Assembly: GCA_003228685.1 (NCBI GenBank)
Contig: QIFC01000116.1
Coordinates: 9,800 to 73,799 of the forward strand
Source of the DNA: Chloroflexota bacterium
Lineage (GTDB): Bacteria > Chloroflexota > Dehalococcoidia > DSTF01 > RBG-16-68-14
Length of the DNA stretch: 64,000 nt
Direction: 5' to 3'
Shown: piece by piece, positions 52,324-60,899 of the stretch
Position numbering within the stretch: the stretch's first letter is position 1
Layout of the letters: each line of letters begins with the position of its first letter
The notes under the pieces: generated by a model
Database searches by the model: none
The model's input: only the letters and a program-made list of their open reading frames with translations
What the model was told of the DNA's origin: nothing
Made by a program: the position numbers and the translations under genes

Positions 52324-53208
52324 GTGGCTACCGTCCGCGTGCCCGCCACCAGCGCCAACCTCGGCTCGGGGTTCGACGCGCTGGGCCTCGCGCTCGCCCT
52401 CTCCGCCAACGTCTCCGTGTCACTCGAACCGCACGAGGGAGACGGCCATTCGCTCGCGCCCATGGTGGCCGCCGCCGCGCGTACCGCGTATCGAAAGGCC
52501 GGCCAGCCAGAGCCAGCGGAGCTGCGCGTCGTCTGGAAGGATACGGATCCCGAACGGCCGATACCGATCGCCCGCGGCCTCGGCGCCAGCGCGGCCGCTC
52601 GCGCGGCCGGCATCGTCGCCGCGAACGCCCTCATGGACAAGCCGCTCACCGACGACCAGCTCCTAAGCGTTGGCGCGGAACTGGAGGGCCACGCGGACAA
52701 CATCGCGCCGGCGCTCTTCGGCGGCATGCAGATCACGGTCCACGACGCAGATACGTGGCTCCGCCTCCGCGTGCCGCTTGCCAGCGGTCTCAAGATCGTC
52801 CTGTTCGTCCCAGACCTGGAGATGCCAACACGAGAGAGCCGGGCGAGACTGCCTCAGCGCTTGTCTCGGGAAGACGCCATCTTTAACGTTGGCCGCGCCG
52901 CGTTGCTCGTCGCCGCGCTGGGACAAGGAACCTGGGACCTGCTCGACACCGCCACTCAGGACCGTCTCCACCAACGCTCCCGTGCCGAGTTTTTTCCGGC
53001 GCTCGACGACATCATCGAGGCGGCCAAAGACGCCGGGGCGCACGGCGCGTACCTCTCCGGCGGCGGCTCCGCGATCGCGGCCTTCACGACGGAGGACGAA
53101 GAACGGGTGGCGCGCTTGATGCAGCAGGCCGCTGTCGCTCGCGGCTTTAGCGGCCGCTCGTTGATCACGGAGCCAAGCGCGGCCGGCACAGAGTTGCTGG
53201 ACAGCTAG
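52324..53208 (+). CDS. thrB: homoserine kinase
   Basis: VRVPATSANLGSGFDALG, IPIARGLGASAA (GHMP motif), SGGGSAI. Confidence 0.85.
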   Translation: MATVRVPATSANLGSGFDALGLALALSANVSVSLEPHEGDGHSLAPMVAAAARTAYRKAGQPEPAELRVVWKDTDPERPIPIARGLGASAAARAAGIVAANALMDKPLTDDQLLSVGAELEGHADNIAPALFGGMQITVHDADTWLRLRVPLASGLKIVLFVPDLEMPTRESRARLPQRLSREDAIFNVGRAALLVAALGQGTWDLLDTATQDRLHQRSRAEFFPALDDIIEAAKDAGAHGAYLSGGGSAIAAFTTEDEERVARLMQQAAVARGFSGRSLITEPSAAGTELLDS

Positions 53209-53214
53209 CCCGCG

Positions 53215-53643
53215 TTACGCCGTAGGCGTGAGCACTACTACTTGGATCGTGCGTTCCGTTTCGTCCTCGTAGTCCTGATATCCGTGATACGCCTCTAGGA
53301 GCAGCGGCCACAGTCGCGCTCGCTCCTCTTCGTTCGCGGTCTCCGCGCGCACCTTCTTGACCTTCTTGCCGGCCTGGGCCGTCGCCTCCGGGTTGGCCTG
53401 GACGTTGTACAGCCACGCAGGGTGGTTCTTATTCCCGCCGTTGGACGCGACGACGACCATGTTTTCACCATCGCGCAGGTACTGAAGCGGCGTGGCCCGC
53501 TTCTTGCCGCTCCTGCGGCCTGTGGTGGTCAGCAGCAGCATCGGCCGGCCGCCTAGGTTCGCGCCGATCGAGCCTCCCGTGAGCTTGTACAGCCCACGAT
53601 GAATCGTAGCGATCGTGTGCATCAGAGTTGGGTTCATGGCCAT
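53215..53643 (-). CDS. deazaflavin (F420)-dependent nitroreductase family (DDN-like) protein
   Basis: LLLTTTGRRSGKKR.TPL......G...VVASNGG...HPAW..N..ANP pattern. Confidence 0.75.
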   Translation of the reverse strand: MAMNPTLMHTIATIHRGLYKLTGGSIGANLGGRPMLLLTTTGRRSGKKRATPLQYLRDGENMVVVASNGGNKNHPAWLYNVQANPEATAQAGKKVKKVRAETANEEERARLWPLLLEAYHGYQDYEDETERTIQVVVLTPTA

Positions 53644-53654
53644 TGCATCGTCTC

Positions 53655-55001
53655 CTACTCTTCTCGCACCGCGAACAGCCGTTGCGGCTCCGCGATGCCC
53701 TTCAGCTCGTGCTCGCCTCGGTCATCGAACGTGACGCCCGCCGACGTGCGCGCTAGCCCACGCACGATGTCTGACACAAGAATCTCCCCCGGCTCGGCGA
53801 CGCCCTGCACTCGCGCCGCGACCTGCACCGTGCCACCGTGGACGCTATTCCCCTCGCGCACCACGTCGCCGGCATGGATGCCGAGATGGAGCGGCAAGCC
53901 CGCCTCGTTGCCGAGGTCGCGGCAGCGTTGCGCCACCTCGATCGCCTGCCTTGCCGATGTGAACACCGCCATCACGCCGTCGCCCAACACCTTGCCCTCG
54001 ACCGGCGTCCCACCGGCGGCCGTGATGGCGGCCCGCAGCCTGCCGTCCAGATCTCTCTCCTTCTCGCGGTAGGCGGCGTCGCCCAGCTTGGTCGTCAGTT
54101 CTGTCGAGCCTGCGATGTCGAGGAAGAGGATGACGGCGGTGCCGGTGGGGAGGCTACGCGGCTCAGGGCCTGCTTCCATCATTGGGACCTCGCGTCCTTC
54201 ATCTAAAAACTGCCCGATGCGTTTCGCTGTTTCTCCGTGGTCGGCTAAGGGACCGGAACCTCCGATAACGACGAAGCGGGCATCCGGGATCTGGGTGGCA
54301 ACTTCCCGGCTGGCAGAGATGATCGCAGCGCCAAAGCCATGCGGGCGGAAGACGAGAGTTGGCGCTTGGACATGAGGGAGGAAGGACCTGATATCGTATC
54401 CGGACATGAACCCGACATACTCGGCAGCAATGGCTGGTGATACGGCGTCGCGGAGGGCGGCTGCCTGCGCGTGCCTGAGTTCGGCGGGCGCCTGAGCATA
54501 GACGATGTCGGTCATCATTCTCCGTGCCAACGACCAATTCGTGTTGATAAGCTCGAGCAAGCTGTGGACGACTTTCGGGCTCCACCCATTTTCACCACGG
54601 GGATACACCGCGTTTAGGACGAGCCGAGCCAACCGTCCAGGGTATTGGGCGGCATAGGCAACACAGATCGCAGCGCCATCAACCCATCCCGCGAGGTCGA
54701 ACTGCTGCAGGCTGAGCTGATCAACGACGGCTGCCAGATCGGAGACTTGAGCGTCCAACGACAGATCATGAACGTCGCGCGCTGAAGCGCCCACCCCGCG
54801 CCGGTCGATACTGATCACTCGCCGGCCCTGAGCAAGGCCCTCGACATGAGACTGAAAGTTGTCTTCTTCCGAGCTGAGCCCATGAGTGACAAGCCACGAA
54901 TTGACTTGCACAAGCGGCATCGTCTGGGCGTCACCATGGACTGCGTAGGCGATGCGCGTGCCATCGGTGCTGGTACAGAAGCGAATCTGCGACTCCATCA
55001 C
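53655..55001 (-). CDS. alpha/beta-hydrolase-fold domain fused to a class III nucleotidyl cyclase domain
   Basis: N-terminal ABH fold with GWVDG at the nucleophile-elbow position. C-terminal FLDIAGST...KVLGDGVMAVF...GIHAGDV...VQVAARV cyclase pattern. Confidence 0.75.
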   Translation of the reverse strand: MMESQIRFCTSTDGTRIAYAVHGDAQTMPLVQVNSWLVTHGLSSEEDNFQSHVEGLAQGRRVISIDRRGVGASARDVHDLSLDAQVSDLAAVVDQLSLQQFDLAGWVDGAAICVAYAAQYPGRLARLVLNAVYPRGENGWSPKVVHSLLELINTNWSLARRMMTDIVYAQAPAELRHAQAAALRDAVSPAIAAEYVGFMSGYDIRSFLPHVQAPTLVFRPHGFGAAIISASREVATQIPDARFVVIGGSGPLADHGETAKRIGQFLDEGREVPMMEAGPEPRSLPTGTAVILFLDIAGSTELTTKLGDAAYREKERDLDGRLRAAITAAGGTPVEGKVLGDGVMAVFTSARQAIEVAQRCRDLGNEAGLPLHLGIHAGDVVREGNSVHGGTVQVAARVQGVAEPGEILVSDIVRGLARTSAGVTFDDRGEHELKGIAEPQRLFAVREE

Positions 55002-55011
55002 TCCTGCTCCC

Positions 55012-55986
55012 TTAGGCTCCCGATGTCCCGAGTAGCGACTTCAAGAAGTCGTTACGTTTTGCCTCGGCGGCCAGGCCGATAGGAGTCGGAAACGCGTCAA
55101 AGCCATGGGGAGCGCCTGGGTAGGCTGCAAGCTCCGCGTCGATTCCAGCGCTGATCCAGCGGTCATACATGAAGAGCGAGTCATCAAGTAGCGGATCACG
55201 GGTGCCGATCGTGAACAGGGCCGGCGGCATGTTGGTCAGATCCGCGTACATCGGCGAGATGTCCGGATCGTGCAGATTTCCGCCCCTTGCGTAGTGACGC
55301 ACGAACCACTCCATCATTGGCGTGTTAAGCACAAGCGGTTCATCGCCGAAGTTCCTGGCACTCGGCGTGAGTGTGAGATCAAACGGGCCGTACGAGAGGT
55401 AAGCTCCCGTGAACCCGGTGTATCCGTGCTTGTCTCTCATTCGCAGCATCGTGACCACGGACAGACTGGCGCCTGACGACTCGCCGCCAATCAACAGCGC
55501 ATCGCTCCCGTACTCCTCCTTGGCATGCTTCACCAACCAGGCCGCAGCGGCTTCGCAATCATCCGGTCCCGCCGGATACGGGTCTTCTGGCGCCTGGCGG
55601 AATTCCACCGACACAACGGCGAGATTGCAGCTATCGGCGATCGATGCGAGCGTACCATCCTGTGCGTTCGCGCTCCCGAAGACCCAGCCACCTCCGTGGA
55701 TGTGACACAGCACCCCCAAGGGGTTGTCAGGTACGATCTGGCGCAGAGTCAGGCTTCCTCCCGGGCCTGGGATGGTGCGTTCAGTTGCGCGATCAGATTT
55801 CGGAGGTTGGGGGGCGGAAGCATCTTCCTTAACACTCTTCCGTAGTGCGGCCACTGCGGCTGGCGTCAGTTCATAAATTCGTGGGCTCTTGGTACCGGCC
55901 CCCACGATGTCCGCGTTCATCTTGGTGGTTTCCGGCGTGATCGCCGCAAACAGTTCCTTGCTAAGATTGCTGGTCATCTTCCTCAC
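55012..55986 (-). CDS. alpha/beta hydrolase, HSL-type esterase/lipase
   Basis: HGGGW oxyanion motif and GESSGA (GxSxG). The start overlaps the upstream gene by ~26 nt, so the start is uncertain. Confidence 0.75.
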   Translation of the reverse strand: MRKMTSNLSKELFAAITPETTKMNADIVGAGTKSPRIYELTPAAVAALRKSVKEDASAPQPPKSDRATERTIPGPGGSLTLRQIVPDNPLGVLCHIHGGGWVFGSANAQDGTLASIADSCNLAVVSVEFRQAPEDPYPAGPDDCEAAAAWLVKHAKEEYGSDALLIGGESSGASLSVVTMLRMRDKHGYTGFTGAYLSYGPFDLTLTPSARNFGDEPLVLNTPMMEWFVRHYARGGNLHDPDISPMYADLTNMPPALFTIGTRDPLLDDSLFMYDRWISAGIDAELAAYPGAPHGFDAFPTPIGLAAEAKRNDFLKSLLGTSGA

Positions 55987-58186
55987 TGGCCCGCACCGCG
56001 AACAGCCGCTGTGGCTCTGCGATGCCCTTCAGCTCGTGCTCGCCGCGATCTTCAAACGCGACGCCCGCCGACGTGCGCGCCAAGTCGCGAACCGTCTGTG
56101 ATACTAACACCTCGCCTGGTTCCGCAACGCCCTGCACCCGGGCCGCGACCTGCACCGCGCCGCCGTGGACGTTCTTGCCCTCGCGCACCACATCGCCCGC
56201 GTGGATACCGAGGTGGAGCGGCAGCCCTGCCTCGTTTCCGAGGGCGCGGCAGCGCTGCGCGGCTTCGATCGCCTGGCGCGCCGACGAGAACACGCTCATG
56301 ATGCCGTCGCCCAGCACCTTGCCTTCGACAGGCGTTCCGCCCGCGTCGGTGATAGCGCGTCGCAGCAAAGCGTCCAGCCCGCGCTCGCGCTCGCGATAGG
56401 CGGCGTCACCGAGCTTCGTCGTCAGCGCGGTGGAGTCCGCGATATCGAGGAAGAAGATGGCAGACATACCTGAGGGGGCGCTAACTGGCTCTGCGGCGGC
56501 GCGTTCCAGCTCTGCGAGAACCTCATCGGCGGTGCCTGGTCGTTCAGCCTTATTCTTAGCCAGCAGCTTCATGATCAGGCGGTCAATGCTCGGCGGGACG
56601 GACGCGTTGCGCTGCGCCGAGGACTCCGCCTCGACGTTGACGTGCTGGTACATGATGGCGTTGGGATCATCGCCTACGAACGGAGGTCGGCCTGTCACTA
56701 GCTCATAGAGCAGGACTCCGAAGGCGTACAGGTCGCTTCTAGCATCTACATCGCCGCCGGTCGCTTGCTCCGGCGCCATGTACATCGCCGTGCCTGTGAC
56801 GGCGCCGGGTACCGTCACACGAGCGCGACCGGTCGAGAGAGCGACGCCAAAGTCGCCGAGCTTGGCCTTTCGATCCTCTGTGAGCCAGACATTCTCTGGC
56901 TTGAGGTCGCGATGAACAATGCCGCGACTGTGCGCGAATGAGAGGGCGCGACAGATATCGGTTGCGACCTCAAGCGCTCGCTCAGGCGACAGCGGGCCAC
57001 CAGCCGCGGCTAGCTCGGCTCGCAGCTCGCCGCCCGGCACGTACTCAGAGACGATATACGGTGCCCCGTCCTCTTCTCCGAAGTCATAGACCGTAACGAT
57101 GTTCGAATGCGCACCGAACTGGGCTATCGTCTGGGCTTCCTGTTTGATGCGCTGCCTGTCGTTCTCATCGAGCAGAGCAGGGTTGAGGGTCGCTACGGCA
57201 CATTGGCGGTCCAGCGTCGTATCATCGACGAGATACACGGTCTTTTGCGCCCCCTGGCCGAGGAGGCGTTGCGCAACGTAGCGACCCGAGGCGAACGTCT
57301 TGCTCGCTGGCTCGCTCACAAGCGTCGCGTTGCCGGCAGGCGGCATGCTTTCTGTCGCGGGCGCCGTGTACTCAACGCCGGTCAGGAACTCGATCGTCGG
57401 CGGCAATACCTGGTCGGCGTGGACCCAAGGAAAGTGCGCGTCGCCATCCAGCGGCATGAACGAACAGTCCGGGATGCGTCGCGCCATATATTGACCCCAG
57501 ACAAACGGAACCACCTCATCGCCGCGCCTGTGCAGCACCAACGACGGGGTCGTGATGTCCTCCAGCACCGACTGAGTATCGGCGGACGCCTGCTCCAGCT
57601 GGTCCGCCATCTCCGGCGTCGTTGAGTCGCTCAACATCCGCGCCAAGCTCTCCAGCGTCTCGCGCTCGGCGCCGCTTGGAAAGAACCTGTTGGCCTGCGT
57701 CTTGTTGTAGAGTTCCCAATCGGTCTTACGAAGAGCGCGCAAGGCTGCGAGCTTCTCCTCCTCAAGCTCGCCTGGCCCCGTCCGCCCTTGCGAGAAGGTC
57801 CCGTAGAGGATCATCCGCCGCACCCTGTCCGGATGGCGGGCTGCGTACGTCAAGCAGGGCGTCCCGCCCCACGACACGCCGAACAGGTCGATTTTGGTTG
57901 CGCCTACAGCGTCGACGACCGCCTCGATGTCCATCATGTCATCTTCTAACGTGAAGTCCGTCCGGTTGCGATCGGACAGCCCGCAGCCGTGGCGGTCGTA
58001 CATGACCAATGTGCGCACTTCGGCGAGGCGCTGGCAGAATGCCTCCTGTGCTACGCTGCCACCCAGGTACCAGTCCAGGTGTGTGAGCCCGCCCGGAGGC
58101 ATGACCAGCGTGGGACCGCTGCCCATCGACACGTACGCTGTTCTCACTCCGTCTGGCCGCCGTGCATACTGAATTCGTGGCTTCAT
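55961..58186 (-). CDS. alpha/beta hydrolase - Ser/Thr protein kinase - class III cyclase tri-domain protein
   Basis: ABH with GVSWG. Kinase with HRDLKPENVWL, DFGVA and APE. C-terminal cyclase domain is ~84% identical (hand count) to that of 53655..55001. Confidence 0.8.
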   Translation of the reverse strand: MKPRIQYARRPDGVRTAYVSMGSGPTLVMPPGGLTHLDWYLGGSVAQEAFCQRLAEVRTLVMYDRHGCGLSDRNRTDFTLEDDMMDIEAVVDAVGATKIDLFGVSWGGTPCLTYAARHPDRVRRMILYGTFSQGRTGPGELEEEKLAALRALRKTDWELYNKTQANRFFPSGAERETLESLARMLSDSTTPEMADQLEQASADTQSVLEDITTPSLVLHRRGDEVVPFVWGQYMARRIPDCSFMPLDGDAHFPWVHADQVLPPTIEFLTGVEYTAPATESMPPAGNATLVSEPASKTFASGRYVAQRLLGQGAQKTVYLVDDTTLDRQCAVATLNPALLDENDRQRIKQEAQTIAQFGAHSNIVTVYDFGEEDGAPYIVSEYVPGGELRAELAAAGGPLSPERALEVATDICRALSFAHSRGIVHRDLKPENVWLTEDRKAKLGDFGVALSTGRARVTVPGAVTGTAMYMAPEQATGGDVDARSDLYAFGVLLYELVTGRPPFVGDDPNAIMYQHVNVEAESSAQRNASVPPSIDRLIMKLLAKNKAERPGTADEVLAELERAAAEPVSAPSGMSAIFFLDIADSTALTTKLGDAAYRERERGLDALLRRAITDAGGTPVEGKVLGDGIMSVFSSARQAIEAAQRCRALGNEAGLPLHLGIHAGDVVREGKNVHGGAVQVAARVQGVAEPGEVLVSQTVRDLARTSAGVAFEDRGEHELKGIAEPQRLFAVRASEEDDQQS

Positions 58187-58294
58187 GGCGCACTATCTTA
58201 GCACTCTCTGAAGTCCATCGCATGCGCGCCGCTCGCAGCCGTTCTCCAGCTACAGCCCATGCGTTAGAGTTCCCATAAGGAGCGAAAGTCAGAT

Positions 58295-59527
58295 ATGGCC
58301 CTGATCGTCCAGAAGTACGGCGGCACCTCCGTAGCCGACGCCGATCGCATTAAGCACGTGGCACAACGCCTCGCCGCGCGCCATGCCGCCGGCGACAAGC
58401 TCGTCGTCGTCGTGTCCGCGATGGGCAGCACGACGAACGAGTTGCTCCAGCTCGCTGCGCAGGTCAGCGACCACCCGGAGGCGAGAGAGCTGGACGTGCT
58501 GCTCTCAACCGGCGAGATGGTGACCAAGACCCTCGTCGCGATGGCGCTCCATACGCTCGATGTCGAAGCGGTCAGCCTCACGGGCGCGCAGGCAGGCCTG
58601 CAAACTGACACCTCGCACGGCCGCGCGCGCATCCTCGCCGTCGAGCCCGCCCGCATCGAGCGCGAGCTGGAGCGGGGCCGCGTCGTCATCGTCGCCGGCT
58701 TCCAGGGCATCAGCGAGGAACTCGAGGTCACCACGCTGGGACGGGGCGCGTCAGACATCACGCCCGTCGCGCTCGCTGCCGCCCTGAAGGCGAAACAGTG
58801 CGAGATCTACACGGACGTGGACGGCATCTACTCAGCCGACCCCCGCATCGAACCAAACGCGCGGCGGCTGCGGGACATCAGCTACGAAGAGATGCTGGAA
58901 CTCTCGTCGCTGGGCGCGCGAGTCCTCCACCCGCGAGCGGCGGAGCTGGCGATGGTCTTCAACATCCCGGTCGTTGTCGCATCCAGCTTTGAGGAAGGCA
59001 CCGGCACACTCATCCACGGAGGCGTCACGATGGAACAGTTCAACAAAGTCCGCGGCATTGCTGATGACCCGCACGTCGCCAAGATCACGCTGCGCGGCGT
59101 GCCCGACCAGCCCGGCATCGCGGCGGCCATCTTCGAACCACTTGCGGAGCACCACATCTCCGTCGACACGATCGTCCAGAACGCCAGCGTGGAGCGCCTC
59201 ACCGACCTGACGTTTACACTCGCAAGCAGCGACCTGTCTGCGGCCACGAAGATCGTGAAGGAGGCTGCCAAGCAGATCGGCGCCGGCGAGGTGATCGCCG
59301 AAGATCACGTCGGCAAGGTGAGCATCGTTGGCACGGGCATCCAGTCCGCGCCGGGTTATGCCGCTCGCATGTTCCGCGCACTCAGCGAGGCCGGCATCAA
59401 CATGGAGATGATCTCTACAAGCGAGATCCGCATCACATGCATCATGCAAGAAACAGACGTGGAGAAGGCCGTGCGCGCGCTGCACGCCACGTTCGAGATG
59501 GAGAAGGCGGAGGCATCGGAGTTGTAA
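58295..59527 (+). CDS. lysC: aspartate kinase
   Basis: ALIVQKYGGTSV N-terminus. C-terminal ACT domains. Confidence 0.9.
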   Translation: MALIVQKYGGTSVADADRIKHVAQRLAARHAAGDKLVVVVSAMGSTTNELLQLAAQVSDHPEARELDVLLSTGEMVTKTLVAMALHTLDVEAVSLTGAQAGLQTDTSHGRARILAVEPARIERELERGRVVIVAGFQGISEELEVTTLGRGASDITPVALAAALKAKQCEIYTDVDGIYSADPRIEPNARRLRDISYEEMLELSSLGARVLHPRAAELAMVFNIPVVVASSFEEGTGTLIHGGVTMEQFNKVRGIADDPHVAKITLRGVPDQPGIAAAIFEPLAEHHISVDTIVQNASVERLTDLTFTLASSDLSAATKIVKEAAKQIGAGEVIAEDHVGKVSIVGTGIQSAPGYAARMFRALSEAGINMEMISTSEIRITCIMQETDVEKAVRALHATFEMEKAEASEL

Positions 59528-60882
59528 TGGAGCCTGTTGGAATCGGCCTGCTCGGCATTGGGAACATCGGCAAGGAGGTCTTCTCTTACCTGCGAGGGGT
59601 GCCGGACGTCCGCGTTCTACGCATCGCGCGACGCCGCGTCAACGCGCCGGCGCCGGCGGCCATCAAGAAGCTGGTAACGCGTCGCGCCCAGTCCGTGATC
59701 GACGATCCGGCCATCGACATCATCGTCGAGATCACGGGCGACGCCGAACGAGGCGCTCAGTACATCCTGGATTCGATCGACAGTGGCAAGCACACGGTCA
59801 CGGCGAACAAGGAGGCCATTGCCGTGCGCTGGCGCGAGATCATGGCGCTCGCCCGCAAGCGAGGCGTGTCTGTCGGGTTCGAGGCGACTGTGGGCGGCGG
59901 CATGCCTGTTGTGCGCGCCGTCCAGCGTCACGACGCCAACGACGAAGTGCAGAACTTCGCGGGCATCCTCAACGGCACGTGTAACTTCATTCTCGGACGG
60001 ATGAAGGAGTACATCGTCCGCCACATGGACGACCCGCATATCCAGAAGCGGTCCCTCCCGCTGGAGGACGCGCTGGCGGAAGCGCAGCGGCTCGGCTACG
60101 CGGAGCCTGACCCGACAATGGACATCAACGGCTTCGACACGAAGTTCAAGGTCGCCATCCTCGCGAACCTGGCCTTCGATAGCTACTTCGACCCGAACGA
60201 CATCTACTGCGAAGGCATCAGGGACCTGAACCAGCGCATCCTCGCTTCCGACTTCTACTTCCTGCATCACCAGCGCTACCTCGGCGGCAAGTACGCGCTG
60301 AAGCTCGCCGGCGTGGCCGAACGGACCGGACGCCGGCCCACGCTGCGCGTGCACCCTGCCCTGATCGAGACGGACGGCCCGCTCGCGGACCTGGCAGCGG
60401 TGGACCAGAACTTCAACGCCCTCACGCTGAACGGCCGTCGCTTGGGCACGCAGTTCATCAAGGGGCTGGGCGCCGGCCCCAAGCCGACGGCCATCTCTGT
60501 CGCCAGCGATGTCCGAGAGATCGCAGCGGCCGTCCTCAGCTCGAGCGGCGCCGGAACCAACGCCGGCCCCCCTGTGCCATCGGCGCGCCGTGGTGGAGCG
60601 CCCGGCAACTTCGACCGCGTCAAGACGCGCGGCTTCATTCGCTCGGTCTCACCGGACGTGAAGGGTATCTACGCGAAGAAGCTGGACATCCTGGCGCGGC
60701 ACAAGGTCAACGTGCAGTCGGTGGTCAACATCAAGGAGTTCGTCTACGGCCGCGACCGCTACATGCCCGACTACATCGAGATCGACCCCGCGCCAGACGG
60801 CGCCGTCCGCGACGTGCTGAAGGCGTTCGGCCGCCTGCGCGGCGTCCGCGACCCGATGTACTTCCGCATCTTGGAACTCTAA
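59527..60882 (+). CDS. hom: homoserine dehydrogenase
   Basis: Start re-picked at ATG 59527 (TAATG overlap with lysC). GLLGIGNIGKEV Rossmann motif, GILNGTCNFIL, AEPDPT.D..G.D. C-terminal ACT-like region. Confidence 0.85.
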   Translation: MEPVGIGLLGIGNIGKEVFSYLRGVPDVRVLRIARRRVNAPAPAAIKKLVTRRAQSVIDDPAIDIIVEITGDAERGAQYILDSIDSGKHTVTANKEAIAVRWREIMALARKRGVSVGFEATVGGGMPVVRAVQRHDANDEVQNFAGILNGTCNFILGRMKEYIVRHMDDPHIQKRSLPLEDALAEAQRLGYAEPDPTMDINGFDTKFKVAILANLAFDSYFDPNDIYCEGIRDLNQRILASDFYFLHHQRYLGGKYALKLAGVAERTGRRPTLRVHPALIETDGPLADLAAVDQNFNALTLNGRRLGTQFIKGLGAGPKPTAISVASDVREIAAAVLSSSGAGTNAGPPVPSARRGGAPGNFDRVKTRGFIRSVSPDVKGIYAKKLDILARHKVNVQSVVNIKEFVYGRDRYMPDYIEIDPAPDGAVRDVLKAFGRLRGVRDPMYFRILEL

Positions 60883-60899
60883 CCGCGAACGCTAACGGC

